Shown here in pieces: positions 27,237 to 38,120 of a DNA stretch of 64,000 nt. Position 1 is the first letter of the stretch; each line of letters opens with the position of its first letter. The stretch is from Patescibacteria group bacterium (GTDB lineage Bacteria; Patescibacteriota; Patescibacteriia; Veblenbacterales; UBA10138). A program made the translations under genes and the position numbers. The notes beneath the pieces are model-generated. The model was given only the letters and a program-made list of their open reading frames with translations, was not told the origin of the DNA and made no database searches. The DNA lies in assembly GCA_018817715.1 (NCBI GenBank), contig JAHITT010000006.1, positions 75,147 to 139,146 of the forward strand, given 5' to 3'.

Positions 27237-28682
27237 ATGGTTAGAGTACGTTTTGCTCCTTCGCCAACTGGCGAACTTCATATCGGCGGCGCCCGCACTG
27301 CTTTATATAATTATCTTTACGCCCTTAAACAAAAAGGGAATTTTATAATCAGAATAGAAGATACTGACCGAGAAAGACTAGTTCCTGGCAGCTTAAACAG
27401 ATTGCTACAAGGTCTTAAGTGGTTGGGTTTAAATTGGCAGGAAGGTCCGGATATCGGCGGACCATATGGACCTTATATTCAATCGGAACGTCTACCAATC
27501 TATAAAGAGCAGGCCCAACAGCTACTTAATAATAATCAAGCTTATTATTGTTTTTGTTCTAGCCAAAGGCTAAGCGAACTTAGACAAACACAATTAGAAC
27601 AAAAATTACCCAGCCGTTATGACCGGACTTGTTTAAAATTAACCAAAGAAATAGTTCAAGATAATTTAAACAATAAACTACCTTTTACTATTCGTTTAAA
27701 AGTACCGACTGGCACAACGACTCTTTATGACTTAATCCGCGGCACAGTGGTCTTTAATAACAAAGAAATAGACGATCAGGTTCTGCTTAAATCAGATGGT
27801 TATCCAACTTATCACTTAGCCAACGTAGTCGACGATCATTTAATGGCTATTAGCCATGTTATCAGGGGAGAGGAGTGGTTACCTTCGGCACCCAAACATT
27901 TATTGCTTTATCAGGCTTTTGCTTGGCAACCGCCGGCCTTTGCCCACCTACCCAATGTTTTAAACAAACAAAAAGCCAAACTGTCCAAAAGAAAAGATGG
28001 TGCGACTGTGTGGTTAGAAACCTACCAGACCCAAGGCTATTTACCAGCCGCCCTGGTTAATTTTTTAACTCTATTAGGTTGGCATCCAACAAACGATCAA
28101 GAAATATTTAACCTTAAGGAATTAAGTCAGCTTTTTTCTTTAGACCGCGTACAAAAAGGCGGAGCTATTTTTGATTTAGATAAACTAAACTGGTTTAATC
28201 ATCTATATTTACAAAAATTATCTTCTAGTGAACTAGATGAAAAACTACAAACTCATTACCAAACTCTTAAACAATCCGGCCGGCCAATCACCAGCACTTT
28301 AAGACTTACAGAAATAATCAAAGACAGGCTAGTTAAATTAAACGATGTTCAATCAACCAATTGGTTTTTTAGTAATGATCTATCAAGCGCTTTACCAATT
28401 ATTGTCCCAAATAAAAGCACCCCTGCCACAACCAAAAAATCGTTACAGTTAGCCCAATTATCCTTAAATCAAACAATAGCTTGGACCATTGAAGCAATTA
28501 AAACAGCTTGCCAAAAAAATCAAGAGGCTAATAAATTATCCAATATGGAATTTTTATGGCCAGCTCGAGTAGCTGTTACTGGACTTAATAAATCACCGGA
28601 TTTTTACACAGCTGCTTGGGCCCTAGGTAAAGAAGAGGCTCTTAAAAGACTGGCTTGGGTAGAAGCAAACATGTTATTATAG
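27237..28682 (+). CDS. gltX: glutamyl-tRNA synthetase
   Basis: RFAPSPTGELHIGG (HIGH) and KLSKR (KMSKS) motifs. Confidence 0.9.
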   Translation: MVRVRFAPSPTGELHIGGARTALYNYLYALKQKGNFIIRIEDTDRERLVPGSLNRLLQGLKWLGLNWQEGPDIGGPYGPYIQSERLPIYKEQAQQLLNNNQAYYCFCSSQRLSELRQTQLEQKLPSRYDRTCLKLTKEIVQDNLNNKLPFTIRLKVPTGTTTLYDLIRGTVVFNNKEIDDQVLLKSDGYPTYHLANVVDDHLMAISHVIRGEEWLPSAPKHLLLYQAFAWQPPAFAHLPNVLNKQKAKLSKRKDGATVWLETYQTQGYLPAALVNFLTLLGWHPTNDQEIFNLKELSQLFSLDRVQKGGAIFDLDKLNWFNHLYLQKLSSSELDEKLQTHYQTLKQSGRPITSTLRLTEIIKDRLVKLNDVQSTNWFFSNDLSSALPIIVPNKSTPATTKKSLQLAQLSLNQTIAWTIEAIKTACQKNQEANKLSNMEFLWPARVAVTGLNKSPDFYTAAWALGKEEALKRLAWVEANMLL

Positions 28683-28687
28683 ATGGA

Positions 28688-29896
28688 ATGAATAGATTTA
28701 TAAAATCATTATTGATTACTGGCGCTTTAATCTTAAGTTTAGCGCCTTTTTTGCCTAAAACCCAAGTAGCCGCCGTGGATGACTTAAACGAGCAAATAAA
28801 AAACAAACAAAGTCAATTAACCGAATTAAAAAAACAAATTGATACTTACCGTAATGCTATCGCCGATAAACAAGCCCAATCTTCCTCTTTAAAAAAACAA
28901 TTAACCGTTCTGGATGACAAAGTTGCCCAAGCTGAACTTAATATTAAAGGAAAAGAATTGGCTTTAGCAACAGTCACCCTACAAATCCAAGCGGTTACTT
29001 TAGATGTTGGCCGGCACGAACAATCAATTGCCGACAAAAGTTCTAAAATAGCTGAAATACTACGACAACTTTATCAAAATAACCAAAAAAGTCTGTTGGA
29101 AATAATCGCTCTAAATACTTCTTTTGGAAAATATTTTGATCAACTTAGCTATTTAGAAGAATTGGAACGCAATCTGCAACAACAAACCAACCAACTACAA
29201 ACATCTAAAACAGAATTAGAACACCAACAACAAAACTTAGCTCTATATAAAATTGATTTAACTAAGACTAAAAACGACCTGGAAGAATCCAAGGGTCAAT
29301 TAAGTAGCGAATTAAATACTAAACAATACATCCTAAAGCAAACCAGAGAATCAGAAAGCCGTTATCAAAATCTTTTAACCCAAGCTATTCAGGAACAACA
29401 AAAGGCCAATGCCGACATAAATAACTTGGAACAAGAAGTTAGACGGCGTTTAAAAAATCAAGGTATTCAAAGTCTAAACCAACTGGATACTAATTTTATT
29501 TGGCCGGTCAAACCTTATAAAGGCCTATCCACTTATTTTAACGACCCTACTTATATTTTTAGAAAATATTTTGAACATGGGGCCATTGATATTCCCAATC
29601 CGCAAGGAACAGCCATTAAAGCGGCGGCGGCCGGCTACGTGGCCCGAGCCAAAGACGCCGGCTTGGGTTACAGTTATATAATGATAGTCCATAACAACGG
29701 CCTGGCCACGGTTTATGGGCACACCAGCCGAATTGACGTGGAAGAAAACAGCTTTGTTACCAAAGGACAGGTTATTGGCGCTGTTGGTGGCCTGCCAGGC
29801 ACTAGGGGAGCCGGCAGTTTAACCACTGGCCCGCATTTACACTTTGAAATTAGACTTAATGGTATACCAGTTGATCCCTTAAATTATTTACCCTAA
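28688..29896 (+). CDS. M23-family peptidase with N-terminal coiled coil (EnvC-like)
   Basis: ATG at 28688 with signal/TM segment; long Q/L-rich coiled coil; C-terminal HTSRI..GPHLHFEI. Confidence 0.85.
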   Translation: MNRFIKSLLITGALILSLAPFLPKTQVAAVDDLNEQIKNKQSQLTELKKQIDTYRNAIADKQAQSSSLKKQLTVLDDKVAQAELNIKGKELALATVTLQIQAVTLDVGRHEQSIADKSSKIAEILRQLYQNNQKSLLEIIALNTSFGKYFDQLSYLEELERNLQQQTNQLQTSKTELEHQQQNLALYKIDLTKTKNDLEESKGQLSSELNTKQYILKQTRESESRYQNLLTQAIQEQQKANADINNLEQEVRRRLKNQGIQSLNQLDTNFIWPVKPYKGLSTYFNDPTYIFRKYFEHGAIDIPNPQGTAIKAAAAGYVARAKDAGLGYSYIMIVHNNGLATVYGHTSRIDVEENSFVTKGQVIGAVGGLPGTRGAGSLTTGPHLHFEIRLNGIPVDPLNYLP

Positions 29897-29913
29897 AATT
29901 TTTATATAAATTT

Positions 29914-29943
29914 AAGCAGGCTATTTTGTAGCCTGCTTTTTTT
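29914..29943. terminator. bidirectional intrinsic terminator between convergent genes
   Basis: aagcaggcta-ttttg-tagcctgctt followed by a T-run. Confidence 0.8.
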
Positions 29944-29948
29944 AATTT

Positions 29949-30482
29949 TTAAATTATTTCCAGAGTTTTATAACAAAATTCCTGTAAATCGCCCCAAAAA
30001 ATTTCTACGCCATAATCCGCCTTTAAATCAAAATCCACATACCTAGCACCAGAAAACCCATGTTCCATACCCATAATTACCTTACCTGGCCACTCTTGCG
30101 GATTTTCATTTAAACGAGTAAACCATTTACCAACTTCATAACGAGTGGATTGCGCGTATGACCCGTTATAATTAGGCCTCTCTTGGCACTCCATAGGCGG
30201 ACACCAAAACATTATAACCCCCTTAGCATACCCGCCAGTTAAATCCATATGATACTTTATCCAAGCACACTCCTTATACCATTCAGTCATATGAAATCCG
30301 GATAAAACCAATTTTTTAGGTGAAATAATTATCACCTCTGGATCAATATCATGAATAATTTTAATGGCCCGGCTGTGCCAATCTGGAGCGTGTTTAACTG
30401 GACCAGCCAAATAAACCACCTTACAATCAACAGGCAGATTTTTAATTTTTTTAGGATAATGTACTACTTTTGATTTTTTCAT
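29949..30482 (-). CDS. hypothetical protein (weak nucleoside 2-deoxyribosyltransferase-like N-terminus)
   Basis: VVYLAGPV Rossmann-like start; 177 aa; Trp/Cys-rich; no firm match. Confidence 0.3.
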   Translation of the reverse strand: MKKSKVVHYPKKIKNLPVDCKVVYLAGPVKHAPDWHSRAIKIIHDIDPEVIIISPKKLVLSGFHMTEWYKECAWIKYHMDLTGGYAKGVIMFWCPPMECQERPNYNGSYAQSTRYEVGKWFTRLNENPQEWPGKVIMGMEHGFSGARYVDFDLKADYGVEIFWGDLQEFCYKTLEII

Positions 30483-30543
30483 TTTAATATCCTTGCTTTT
30501 GTTATTTTTGGCTTATCTTAAACAAAAAACAAAGATATGTCAA

Positions 30544-31527
30544 TTATTTATTTAAAGGATGAAATTTACGGTGTGTAGTTTCCGCATATTTATCCGAAGC
30601 ATGAACATAGCGAGTAGTAGTATCAAGTGATTCATGGCCCAGCAATACTTGTATAGCGGCCGGATTAGCCCCGCTTTCCGCCAAATAAGTGGCAAAACCA
30701 TGCCTTAGAGAGTGGGCTGAAGTTGGCACATTAATGTGCAACTGTTCCCGATACTGTTTTATTTTCATTTGCAAATAATTAGTCGACAGTCTTTTAGTAG
30801 TTTTGCCAGAATTTTCACCCCGATAAGGAATAAACAAGGCTGGCCAACTATCGTGGCGCAAAGCTAAATAATAATTTATATGCTTTAAGGCCCGATCAGT
30901 TAAATAAACAAAACGCTGTTTGCGACCCTTACCAGTCACAAAAATACGTCCACTTAAATCTATCTGCGATTTGTTTAAACTAATCAACTCAGAAATACGT
31001 AAACCAGTGGCAAATAATACCTCCAACATAGCCCGATTACGAGTGGCCACTTGTTTATTTTTTTCTAGTAAAGAAGGTGACTCAATTAATTTCACCAGCT
31101 CATTAAGTTCTGCCACTTGCGGATGTTTCTTTTCGGTTTTAACCAGTTTAACAGATTCGGGCGACAAAGGTGTTTGGTAATCCAAATCTATTAAATATCT
31201 TAAATAAGCACGTAAACTGGATAACATACGATTTAAAGAATAACTGCGCAAACGTAAGCTTGGTTTATTTTTTTCAGCTGTTAATCGGTCTACTGAGTTT
31301 AAATAAGCCTTATAGCGGTCAATAATTCTTTTGTCTACCTTAAGAAAGGGGATTTTATTATCCAACAAGAACTTATCAAAGACTTTAAGATCTCTTTCGT
31401 AATTATAAATTGTTTCTGGGGAATAATTATTAGTCTGCAAAGACAATAAAAAATCATCCAAATAATCCAAACTCAAAGAAGCTGTTTTAGTTTTGGGGGA
31501 CAGGTGTTTTTTTGCTGCTGTAATCAT
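30544..31527 (-). CDS. tyrosine recombinase, XerC/XerD family
   Basis: N-terminal SAM-like domain; catalytic region R..(ATGLRISEL), HSLRHGFATYL, LGHESLDTTTRYVH. Confidence 0.85.
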   Translation of the reverse strand: MITAAKKHLSPKTKTASLSLDYLDDFLLSLQTNNYSPETIYNYERDLKVFDKFLLDNKIPFLKVDKRIIDRYKAYLNSVDRLTAEKNKPSLRLRSYSLNRMLSSLRAYLRYLIDLDYQTPLSPESVKLVKTEKKHPQVAELNELVKLIESPSLLEKNKQVATRNRAMLEVLFATGLRISELISLNKSQIDLSGRIFVTGKGRKQRFVYLTDRALKHINYYLALRHDSWPALFIPYRGENSGKTTKRLSTNYLQMKIKQYREQLHINVPTSAHSLRHGFATYLAESGANPAAIQVLLGHESLDTTTRYVHASDKYAETTHRKFHPLNK

Positions 31528-31615
31528 AATATTAATAATTAAGGTTTTAACTGAGTGTAAGAGATATTATACTCAGTTTAGCATAAGCCTTTTATTAAGG
31601 CAAACTACTAAAGCT

Positions 31616-31646
31616 TACTGCTTATTAAGCAGTATTAGCCTATAAA
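31616..31646. repeat. 19-bp palindrome abutting an exact 13-nt half-site of the 40-bp repeat family
   Basis: tactgcttattaagcagta, then ATTAGCCTATAAA, which is identical to 55777-55789. Confidence 0.6.
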
Positions 31647-31929
31647 TTACGTCCTTAGCCTAGGATTATCAGTCTAAATACTCCTACTCAGCTAATTTAG
31701 ATGCCTTATTAACTGTTAAATTCGCTTTAAACTAATTAGCCACCAACCAAACTAAGTTGTTAACATTAAAATGGTCTTAAATTAAGGTTTGAATTTAATA
31801 AATCCTTAAGGTAGTTAGCTTTAAAATTAATTTAGGTTTACTTTGGAAATGACTGTCCCACTAATAAGTTTTTTTAATACAGTCTTAGTGCTAAAGATAA
31901 TCGCCTAACTTGAATAATTATTAACTTAT

Positions 31930-32598
31930 TTAAGTGTCGCAAAATATATAATGTTGCAATGCTTTATCAGCTAAACTACTAACCACTATGTCAGCCTGGC
32001 TAAAATCTTGACCTAAGGTGTACTGATTAGGTACAGCAACTACCAAACAGCCGGCGGCTTTAGCCGCCTTAACCCCATTTACCGAATCTTCCAATACCAA
32101 ACAACTTGCCGGGCTTAAATTTAAAGCTTGGACGGCTTTTTGGTATATGGCAGGATGGGGTTTGCCAAATTTTACATCCTCACTAGTGATAACTGTTGGA
32201 AAATAACTAGCTAAATCAAATTTATTAAAAATCAATTCCACCCATTTTTTTTCTGAAGCTGTCGCCAAGACTAAATTAATTCGTTGACCCTTGGCTCTAG
32301 ATAACAAATCAAGTAACCCTGGCAACGGCTGCAACAAATTATCAGTCAGTAAATATTTTTCATAAGCCTGCCTAGCTTCTTTAACCAATACCGGCACTTC
32401 ATCAGGCAAATTGTAATATTTCTTTATATAAGCCCAAACCTCAGGCAAACGCAAACCCATTATTTGACGTTTCAAATCCAAGGTAAAATTTTTACCCCTG
32501 GCCTCTAATACTAATTGACCGGCTTTGGAATAAATTGTTTCCGTGTCAAACATTAAACCATCCATATCAAAAAGCAAAGCAGAAAATCTATTGGCCAT
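31930..32598 (-). CDS. HAD-superfamily hydrolase (beta-phosphoglucomutase/phosphatase-like)
   Basis: LLFDMDGLMFDTE, TAS, K.GKPHP and EDSVNG motifs. Confidence 0.75.
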   Translation of the reverse strand: MANRFSALLFDMDGLMFDTETIYSKAGQLVLEARGKNFTLDLKRQIMGLRLPEVWAYIKKYYNLPDEVPVLVKEARQAYEKYLLTDNLLQPLPGLLDLLSRAKGQRINLVLATASEKKWVELIFNKFDLASYFPTVITSEDVKFGKPHPAIYQKAVQALNLSPASCLVLEDSVNGVKAAKAAGCLVVAVPNQYTLGQDFSQADIVVSSLADKALQHYIFCDT

Positions 32599-32601
32599 AA
32601 G

Positions 32602-33492
32602 CTACTTTAATTTATAGAATAAACGAGCACCAAAACGAACATCCACGTACAGCAAACGGTTAATGTCTCCTTTTATTTTTTCCGCTAATAAACGCTTTAA
32701 AGAATTTATTTGCCCTAACGGATCTTCACGTACTGAAAGATAAACATACCAACCATCTGCAGTATAAGCCTGAACAGTTGGCAAACCAGCCAAATCCAAT
32801 AAAACATAATCCAACTTGATTTTTGAAAGATTCTCTTGCCAAAATTTGTTAAAACTATCCACAAAAGCAATAGCCTGCTCATCAATCACCTGATCACCTA
32901 AATTATAGCCCTTATCCCCCACTTCCCTAATTAAAACTAAATTAGTACTTAAAACTGCTTGATCTTTTAATTCTTGAACAATTATCCCCCTTTGGTCAAC
33001 GGCATATACTTTATTTTTAGTTTGCCAACGAGCGATCATTAAACTTTCCCGAAAATTCAATTTTAAAACATTCGGCCAATGTCTTTTAAAAAATAAATCC
33101 TGACTGTAAAATTCCTGACCAACCAACTTGCGAGCCTTAGAAGTATCAAAAAAAATAATATTAGACTGAGGCCACAATAACCAACGTCGTCCAGCTATTT
33201 CCTGGTTTAAAATCAATCTTATTTTGTTTCTGGCTTCTTGCGAAGGTACACCATTAATAATAATATTCTTTATGGAAAAAATTGGTAAATGAATAATCAC
33301 TGCAACTAAAACAATAAATAATCCAGGTAAAATATAATAGAGTCTCTTTCGCCAAGTCGGTTTAGCCTGAGTTTGATAAGCTTTAAACAACCGACGATTA
33401 ACGTCGGGAATTTCATGTTTAGCTCGAGCATAATCATGCCCGCGCCTTTTTTTTACAGTTGAACGTGCTTTAAATTGCTTTACTGATACCAT
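32602..33492 (-). CDS. ftsQ: cell-division protein FtsQ/DivIB-like
   Basis: Basic N-terminus, a single TM helix, a POTRA-like IKNIIINGV segment; ddl-ftsQ synteny. Confidence 0.6.
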   Translation of the reverse strand: MVSVKQFKARSTVKKRRGHDYARAKHEIPDVNRRLFKAYQTQAKPTWRKRLYYILPGLFIVLVAVIIHLPIFSIKNIIINGVPSQEARNKIRLILNQEIAGRRWLLWPQSNIIFFDTSKARKLVGQEFYSQDLFFKRHWPNVLKLNFRESLMIARWQTKNKVYAVDQRGIIVQELKDQAVLSTNLVLIREVGDKGYNLGDQVIDEQAIAFVDSFNKFWQENLSKIKLDYVLLDLAGLPTVQAYTADGWYVYLSVREDPLGQINSLKRLLAEKIKGDINRLLYVDVRFGARLFYKLK

Positions 33493-34604
33493 TGTTTAGT
33501 GGGTTTATAAGAAGTCTGTAATTGTTTTTTGTCCTGATAATTAGCCAAAGCCAAAGAGATTAAACGATCTAATAATTCAGAATATCCTAATCCGGAGTGC
33601 CCCCATAATTTAGGATACATACTAATACTGGTAAAACCCGGCATAGTATTTGGTTCATTTAAATAAATTTTTCTTGACTTTTGGGACACCAAAAAATCTA
33701 TCCTGGCTAAACCTTTTAAATCTAAAACTTTAAAACAAGCCACGGCTAAATTTTTTATTTTCCGACTGACAGTTTTAGATAAAGGGGCTGGAATTATCAA
33801 ATTAGATTTACCATCAACATATTTAGCGTCGTAATCATAAAATTCATTGCTAGGTATAACCTGACCTAAAACAGAAACTTGGGGCTCATTATTACCCAAA
33901 ACCGAACACTCAATCTCTAAAGGTTGTTTGACCGCTTGCTCAACCAAAATACGCCTGTCATATTTAAAAGCTAAATTAATAGCAATTTTAAGCTGCAACA
34001 AATTATTAACCTTACTAATACCCACCGAAGATCCTAAATTAGCTGGTTTAACAAACATAGGATATTTTAAAACTTGGCAATTTTTTATAAAAACCGCTGA
34101 ACTTTTTTTATAATCAAACTTATTAGTATAAACAAAAGGTAACACTGGTAAACCAGCCTGCTGACAAATTAATTTTTGAATAATTTTATCCATAGCTACG
34201 GCCGAACCCAATACTCCAGCGCCCACATAAGGCAAATCTGTCAATTCTAAAAAACCTTGAATAATTCCATCCTCCCCAAAGGTACCATGTAAAACCGGCC
34301 AAATAACATCAACAGTTCCTTGTATTTTTTTTATATCAGTTCTTTTATAAAAGCGTCCACCATTCGGTTCGGGTAATAAAACAATTTCTTTTTTAAAGAA
34401 ACTTGTTTGGGGATTTTTTAAGAATTTTAAAACAGTTGAACCACCCAACCAAATACCCTCTTTAGATAAACCAATTGGCACGACTTGATATTTTTTTTTG
34501 TCTAAATGTTTAATTACCGAAGCAGCTGAAACTAAAGAAACTTCATGCTCCGCCGAACGACCACCAAACAAAACACCAATTCGTAATTTATTTTTTTTAA
34601 CCAT
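33480..34604 (-). CDS. ddl: D-alanine--D-alanine ligase
   Basis: [20 protein letters not shown]-grasp core and EPNTMPGFT. Confidence 0.9.
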   Translation of the reverse strand: MVKKNKLRIGVLFGGRSAEHEVSLVSAASVIKHLDKKKYQVVPIGLSKEGIWLGGSTVLKFLKNPQTSFFKKEIVLLPEPNGGRFYKRTDIKKIQGTVDVIWPVLHGTFGEDGIIQGFLELTDLPYVGAGVLGSAVAMDKIIQKLICQQAGLPVLPFVYTNKFDYKKSSAVFIKNCQVLKYPMFVKPANLGSSVGISKVNNLLQLKIAINLAFKYDRRILVEQAVKQPLEIECSVLGNNEPQVSVLGQVIPSNEFYDYDAKYVDGKSNLIIPAPLSKTVSRKIKNLAVACFKVLDLKGLARIDFLVSQKSRKIYLNEPNTMPGFTSISMYPKLWGHSGLGYSELLDRLISLALANYQDKKQLQTSYKPTKQWYQ

Positions 34605-34609
34605 AAAAA

Positions 34610-35767
34610 TTATTTAACCAATACTCTAGGTAATAATGGATTAATAGCCGTTATTACCTCATAATTTATAGTACCAGATTTAATGCCTATTTGCTCGGCC
34701 GTTATCTGCTTTTTACCTTGGCAGCCCAATAAAACAACTTCGTCATTAACCCTAACCTTAGCTAATTTAGTTACATCTACCATGGTTATATTCATACAAA
34801 CACGACCAATAACCGGGCAAAGCTGACCTTGGATAATAACCTCCCCTTTGTTAGATAAAGACCGACGATAACCATCCCAATAACCTACTGGCAAAACCGC
34901 CATAGTAATGGCTTGTTTGGTAGTATAGGTGCGTCCATAACCAACTGTTGCACCTTTAGGCAATTTTTGCAGTTCAATAATAAAAGTTTTCCAAGTTAAA
35001 GCCGGCTGAAGACGAATTTTGGGCTTAAATTTATTAACAACTAATTTATTTTCTGCTGACGGCCACAAACCGTAATAACCTATACCCAAACGTCCCAAAT
35101 CATAATGAGAGTTTTTAAAACTATTCAAAGCGGCTGTACAAGCTATATGACGATAATATTTATCCGGCAACCAAGCTTGACCTTTTTCCAAAAAAGCTGA
35201 AAAATTTCCCAACTGTTCTAATAAAAATCCAGACTGTTTTGATTCGGCAGTAGCCAAATGAGAAGCCACACCTTCCAATTTTAACCAAAGAGAATTCCTT
35301 ATTTGTTTAAGAAAATCATAAGCTTGTTTATCGCGTAATCCCAAACGAGCCATTCCAGTGTCTATTTTTAAATGAACACGAGCGGGCTTTTTAACTTGCT
35401 GCCCCGCTTTACTTAAAGCTAATAAAGCCGACTGCTCGTAAACCACAAAAGAAATTTTTTGTTTAATAGCTTTTTGTAAATCAAATTGACGTAACGGCTG
35501 GTAATAACTTAAAACTAAAATTGGCAAATTAATTTTAGCCGCCCGTAAAGAAAAAGCTTCGGCTAAAGAAGCTACACCTAACCAATCTATTTTACCCGAA
35601 GACTCCCCGACCTTGGCGGCCAAAACCAAACCATGTCCATAAGCATTACTTTTTACTACTGCCATTAATTTAGCTTGGCCACCTAAAAAAGACCTATGAA
35701 CACTTATATTGTTCAGTAAGGCTTTACGACTTACTTCTAGCCAAGAATAATTAGGATAATCTTTCAT
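34610..35767 (-). CDS. alr: alanine racemase
   Basis: [14 protein letters not shown]-lysine motif; C-terminal GRVCMN. Confidence 0.9.
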   Translation of the reverse strand: MKDYPNYSWLEVSRKALLNNISVHRSFLGGQAKLMAVVKSNAYGHGLVLAAKVGESSGKIDWLGVASLAEAFSLRAAKINLPILVLSYYQPLRQFDLQKAIKQKISFVVYEQSALLALSKAGQQVKKPARVHLKIDTGMARLGLRDKQAYDFLKQIRNSLWLKLEGVASHLATAESKQSGFLLEQLGNFSAFLEKGQAWLPDKYYRHIACTAALNSFKNSHYDLGRLGIGYYGLWPSAENKLVVNKFKPKIRLQPALTWKTFIIELQKLPKGATVGYGRTYTTKQAITMAVLPVGYWDGYRRSLSNKGEVIIQGQLCPVIGRVCMNITMVDVTKLAKVRVNDEVVLLGCQGKKQITAEQIGIKSGTINYEVITAINPLLPRVLVK

Positions 35768-35779
35768 GTTTTTAGCCTG

Positions 35780-37015
35780 CTAACCTATTTTAGCTAGGCC
35801 TCCCATATAAGGCTGCAAAACCTTAGGGATAATAATACTGCCGTCAGCCTGCTGATAGTTTTCTAAAATAGCTATCAAAGTACGACCAATGGCAAAAACT
35901 GTTCCGTTAAGCATATGAACAAAATCCATTTTACCCTCGGCTGTTTTATAGCGAATATTCAAACGCCTAGCCTGAAAATCCGTGGTAGTTGAACAAGAAT
36001 GAGTTTCTCGATATTTACTCTCCGAAGGAATCCAAGTTTCGATATCATACTTACGAGCAGCTGGATCTCCTAAATCCGCTGTACACATCTTAATAACTTG
36101 ATAAGGTAATTTTAAACCTTGCATCAATTCTTCTTCTATAACCAAGAGTTTATCGTGCTCCTTATCCGAATCCTCTGGTTTAGTAAATACTACCATTTCC
36201 AATTTATCAAACTGATGAACGCGTAAAATACCTTTGGTATCCTTACCATAACTACCGGCCTCACTTCTAAAGCAAGAAGAAAAACCAGCATATCTTTTAG
36301 GTAAATCTGTAAGTTCTAAAACTTCATCCATATGCATAGGCCCGATTGATTGTTCAGAAGTACCTACTAAATAAAGCTGTTGTTCTTTTAAATGATAAGT
36401 TTCTTCTTCCCCACCATTTTCCAAATAACCCATAGCTTGCATGGCTTTTTCACTAATTAAAACCGGCGGCACTACTGGCACAAAACCATTTTTAAGAACC
36501 ACTGATAAACCATACTGGACTAAAGCAAATTCCAATAAAACCGCTTCATTTTTTAAATAACCAAACCTAGAACCTGACACTTTGGCGGCCCGGGCCATAT
36601 CTATTAAATCGTGCTGCTCCGCCAAAGTTAGATAATCTTTAACTGTAAAATTAAAATCCGGCTTACTACCTACCTGCCTTAAAACCTCATTATCATTTTC
36701 TGTTTTACCAACTTTAACATCGGGCCGAGCCGGATTAGGCAGGCTAAGCAAAATATCATTTAACTGGTCAGTTAACTGTTTTAATTCTTGCTCTTTAGTT
36801 TTAAGAACTTCCTTTTTAGCCTTGGCTTCAGCTCGATCCGCCTCGCTTACCAACTTATCCCCTCGACCTTGACGTAAACCATCCACTTCCGCTTGCAAAG
36901 CCCTTCTTTGATTATCCAAATCCAAAATAACCTTAATATCTATAGTCCGATTTTTAGCCTGGCTAGCCTTAACTACTAAATCCGGATTGTCTCTTAAATA
37001 TTTTATATCAATCAT
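35780..37015 (-). CDS. serS: seryl-tRNA synthetase
   Basis: N-terminal coiled-coil arm; class II motifs FRSEAGS..G..RVHQF, GTVFAIGRTL. Confidence 0.92.
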   Translation of the reverse strand: MIDIKYLRDNPDLVVKASQAKNRTIDIKVILDLDNQRRALQAEVDGLRQGRGDKLVSEADRAEAKAKKEVLKTKEQELKQLTDQLNDILLSLPNPARPDVKVGKTENDNEVLRQVGSKPDFNFTVKDYLTLAEQHDLIDMARAAKVSGSRFGYLKNEAVLLEFALVQYGLSVVLKNGFVPVVPPVLISEKAMQAMGYLENGGEEETYHLKEQQLYLVGTSEQSIGPMHMDEVLELTDLPKRYAGFSSCFRSEAGSYGKDTKGILRVHQFDKLEMVVFTKPEDSDKEHDKLLVIEEELMQGLKLPYQVIKMCTADLGDPAARKYDIETWIPSESKYRETHSCSTTTDFQARRLNIRYKTAEGKMDFVHMLNGTVFAIGRTLIAILENYQQADGSIIIPKVLQPYMGGLAKIG

Positions 37016-37626
37016 ATTTGGGAAAGATAAGAATCTAATTGCTTAATAATTTCCGGCCGATGACGAAAACCCGCTTCTGCTAATTCTTGATAAGATAATT
37101 CCGCTGACATTTTATTGTATTTTGACACAAAAAACAAAGAACGGAAAGGGTAACCCACTATCCTTTTAGAACAGGTTGCTTCGGCAATATAACCAGTCAT
37201 CCCTTGAGCAACAGCTATGTGCACTTGATTGGCTTTTATAACTAAAGCGGTAGCTATAGCAAAATGACAAGTTCTTTTATTCCAAGATACTCCCTGTAAA
37301 CGACGTAAGGTTTCACTTATTAATTCATCATCCGTAGCTTCTTTGTTTGAATTTTCAAAAATCCGACGCGAAGATACGCCCGGCCAACCACCTAAAACAT
37401 CTATTTCTAAACCGCTATCATCGGCTAAAGTTGGCAAACCAGACAACTGATAATAAAACTTAGCTTTGCTAAGTGCGTTAGCCTCAAACGTTTTACTATC
37501 TTCCGGCGCTTTATCAGTTATAGCCATATCTTTAAGAGAAACTAAATCAAAAGAATAATCTTTTAATAATTCAGCAAACTCGTTAAATTTAGCTGGGTTA
37601 TGAGTGGCAATTAACAGTTTGGGCAT
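37012..37626 (-). CDS. rdgB: non-canonical purine NTP pyrophosphatase (RdgB/HAM1 family)
   Basis: ATHNPAKFNEF, ADDSGLEID..GG.PG and GYPF motifs. Confidence 0.8.
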   Translation of the reverse strand: MPKLLIATHNPAKFNEFAELLKDYSFDLVSLKDMAITDKAPEDSKTFEANALSKAKFYYQLSGLPTLADDSGLEIDVLGGWPGVSSRRIFENSNKEATDDELISETLRRLQGVSWNKRTCHFAIATALVIKANQVHIAVAQGMTGYIAEATCSKRIVGYPFRSLFFVSKYNKMSAELSYQELAEAGFRHRPEIIKQLDSYLSQI

Positions 37627-37628
37627 AA

Positions 37629-38114
37629 TTATTTTTTTCTAGGACCAGACGGCGATGTTAAATCATCAAACTTTAAACCTAAATTTAATAATTTTTCTGC
37701 CTGTTTAATTTCCTCGGCCACGCCCACGTGGTCTAATTCCTTCAAATCTTCCAAACTTACCCATTTATAATCCACAAAATCATGGGCATCAAAATTAACT
37801 GCTTGACCATCATCAGCCAAACGACACAAATAAGTAAACACCCTAACTGCTTGGCCATCCGACCTAATAAAAGCCGTATCACGCAATAAAATCTTGCCGG
37901 GCAACACATTTAAACCTGCCTCTTCTTTTACCTCTCGCTGTAAAACTGATTCTATATCTTCCAATCCTTCAGTTTTACCCCCAGGAAAACACCATTTGTT
38001 AGGATAAGCAATTTCCCGTGGATGGCGCTTTAATAACAAATAGCGGCCGTCTTTATTCCTAATTACGGCCGTGACAGTGACAATATACAATTTATTCTGC
38101 TTGTCGTAGGGCAT
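37629..38114 (-). CDS. NUDIX hydrolase
   Basis: Nudix box GGKTEGLEDIESVLQREVKEEAGL. Confidence 0.8.
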   Translation of the reverse strand: MPYDKQNKLYIVTVTAVIRNKDGRYLLLKRHPREIAYPNKWCFPGGKTEGLEDIESVLQREVKEEAGLNVLPGKILLRDTAFIRSDGQAVRVFTYLCRLADDGQAVNFDAHDFVDYKWVSLEDLKELDHVGVAEEIKQAEKLLNLGLKFDDLTSPSGPRKK

Positions 38115-38120
38115 AAATAT

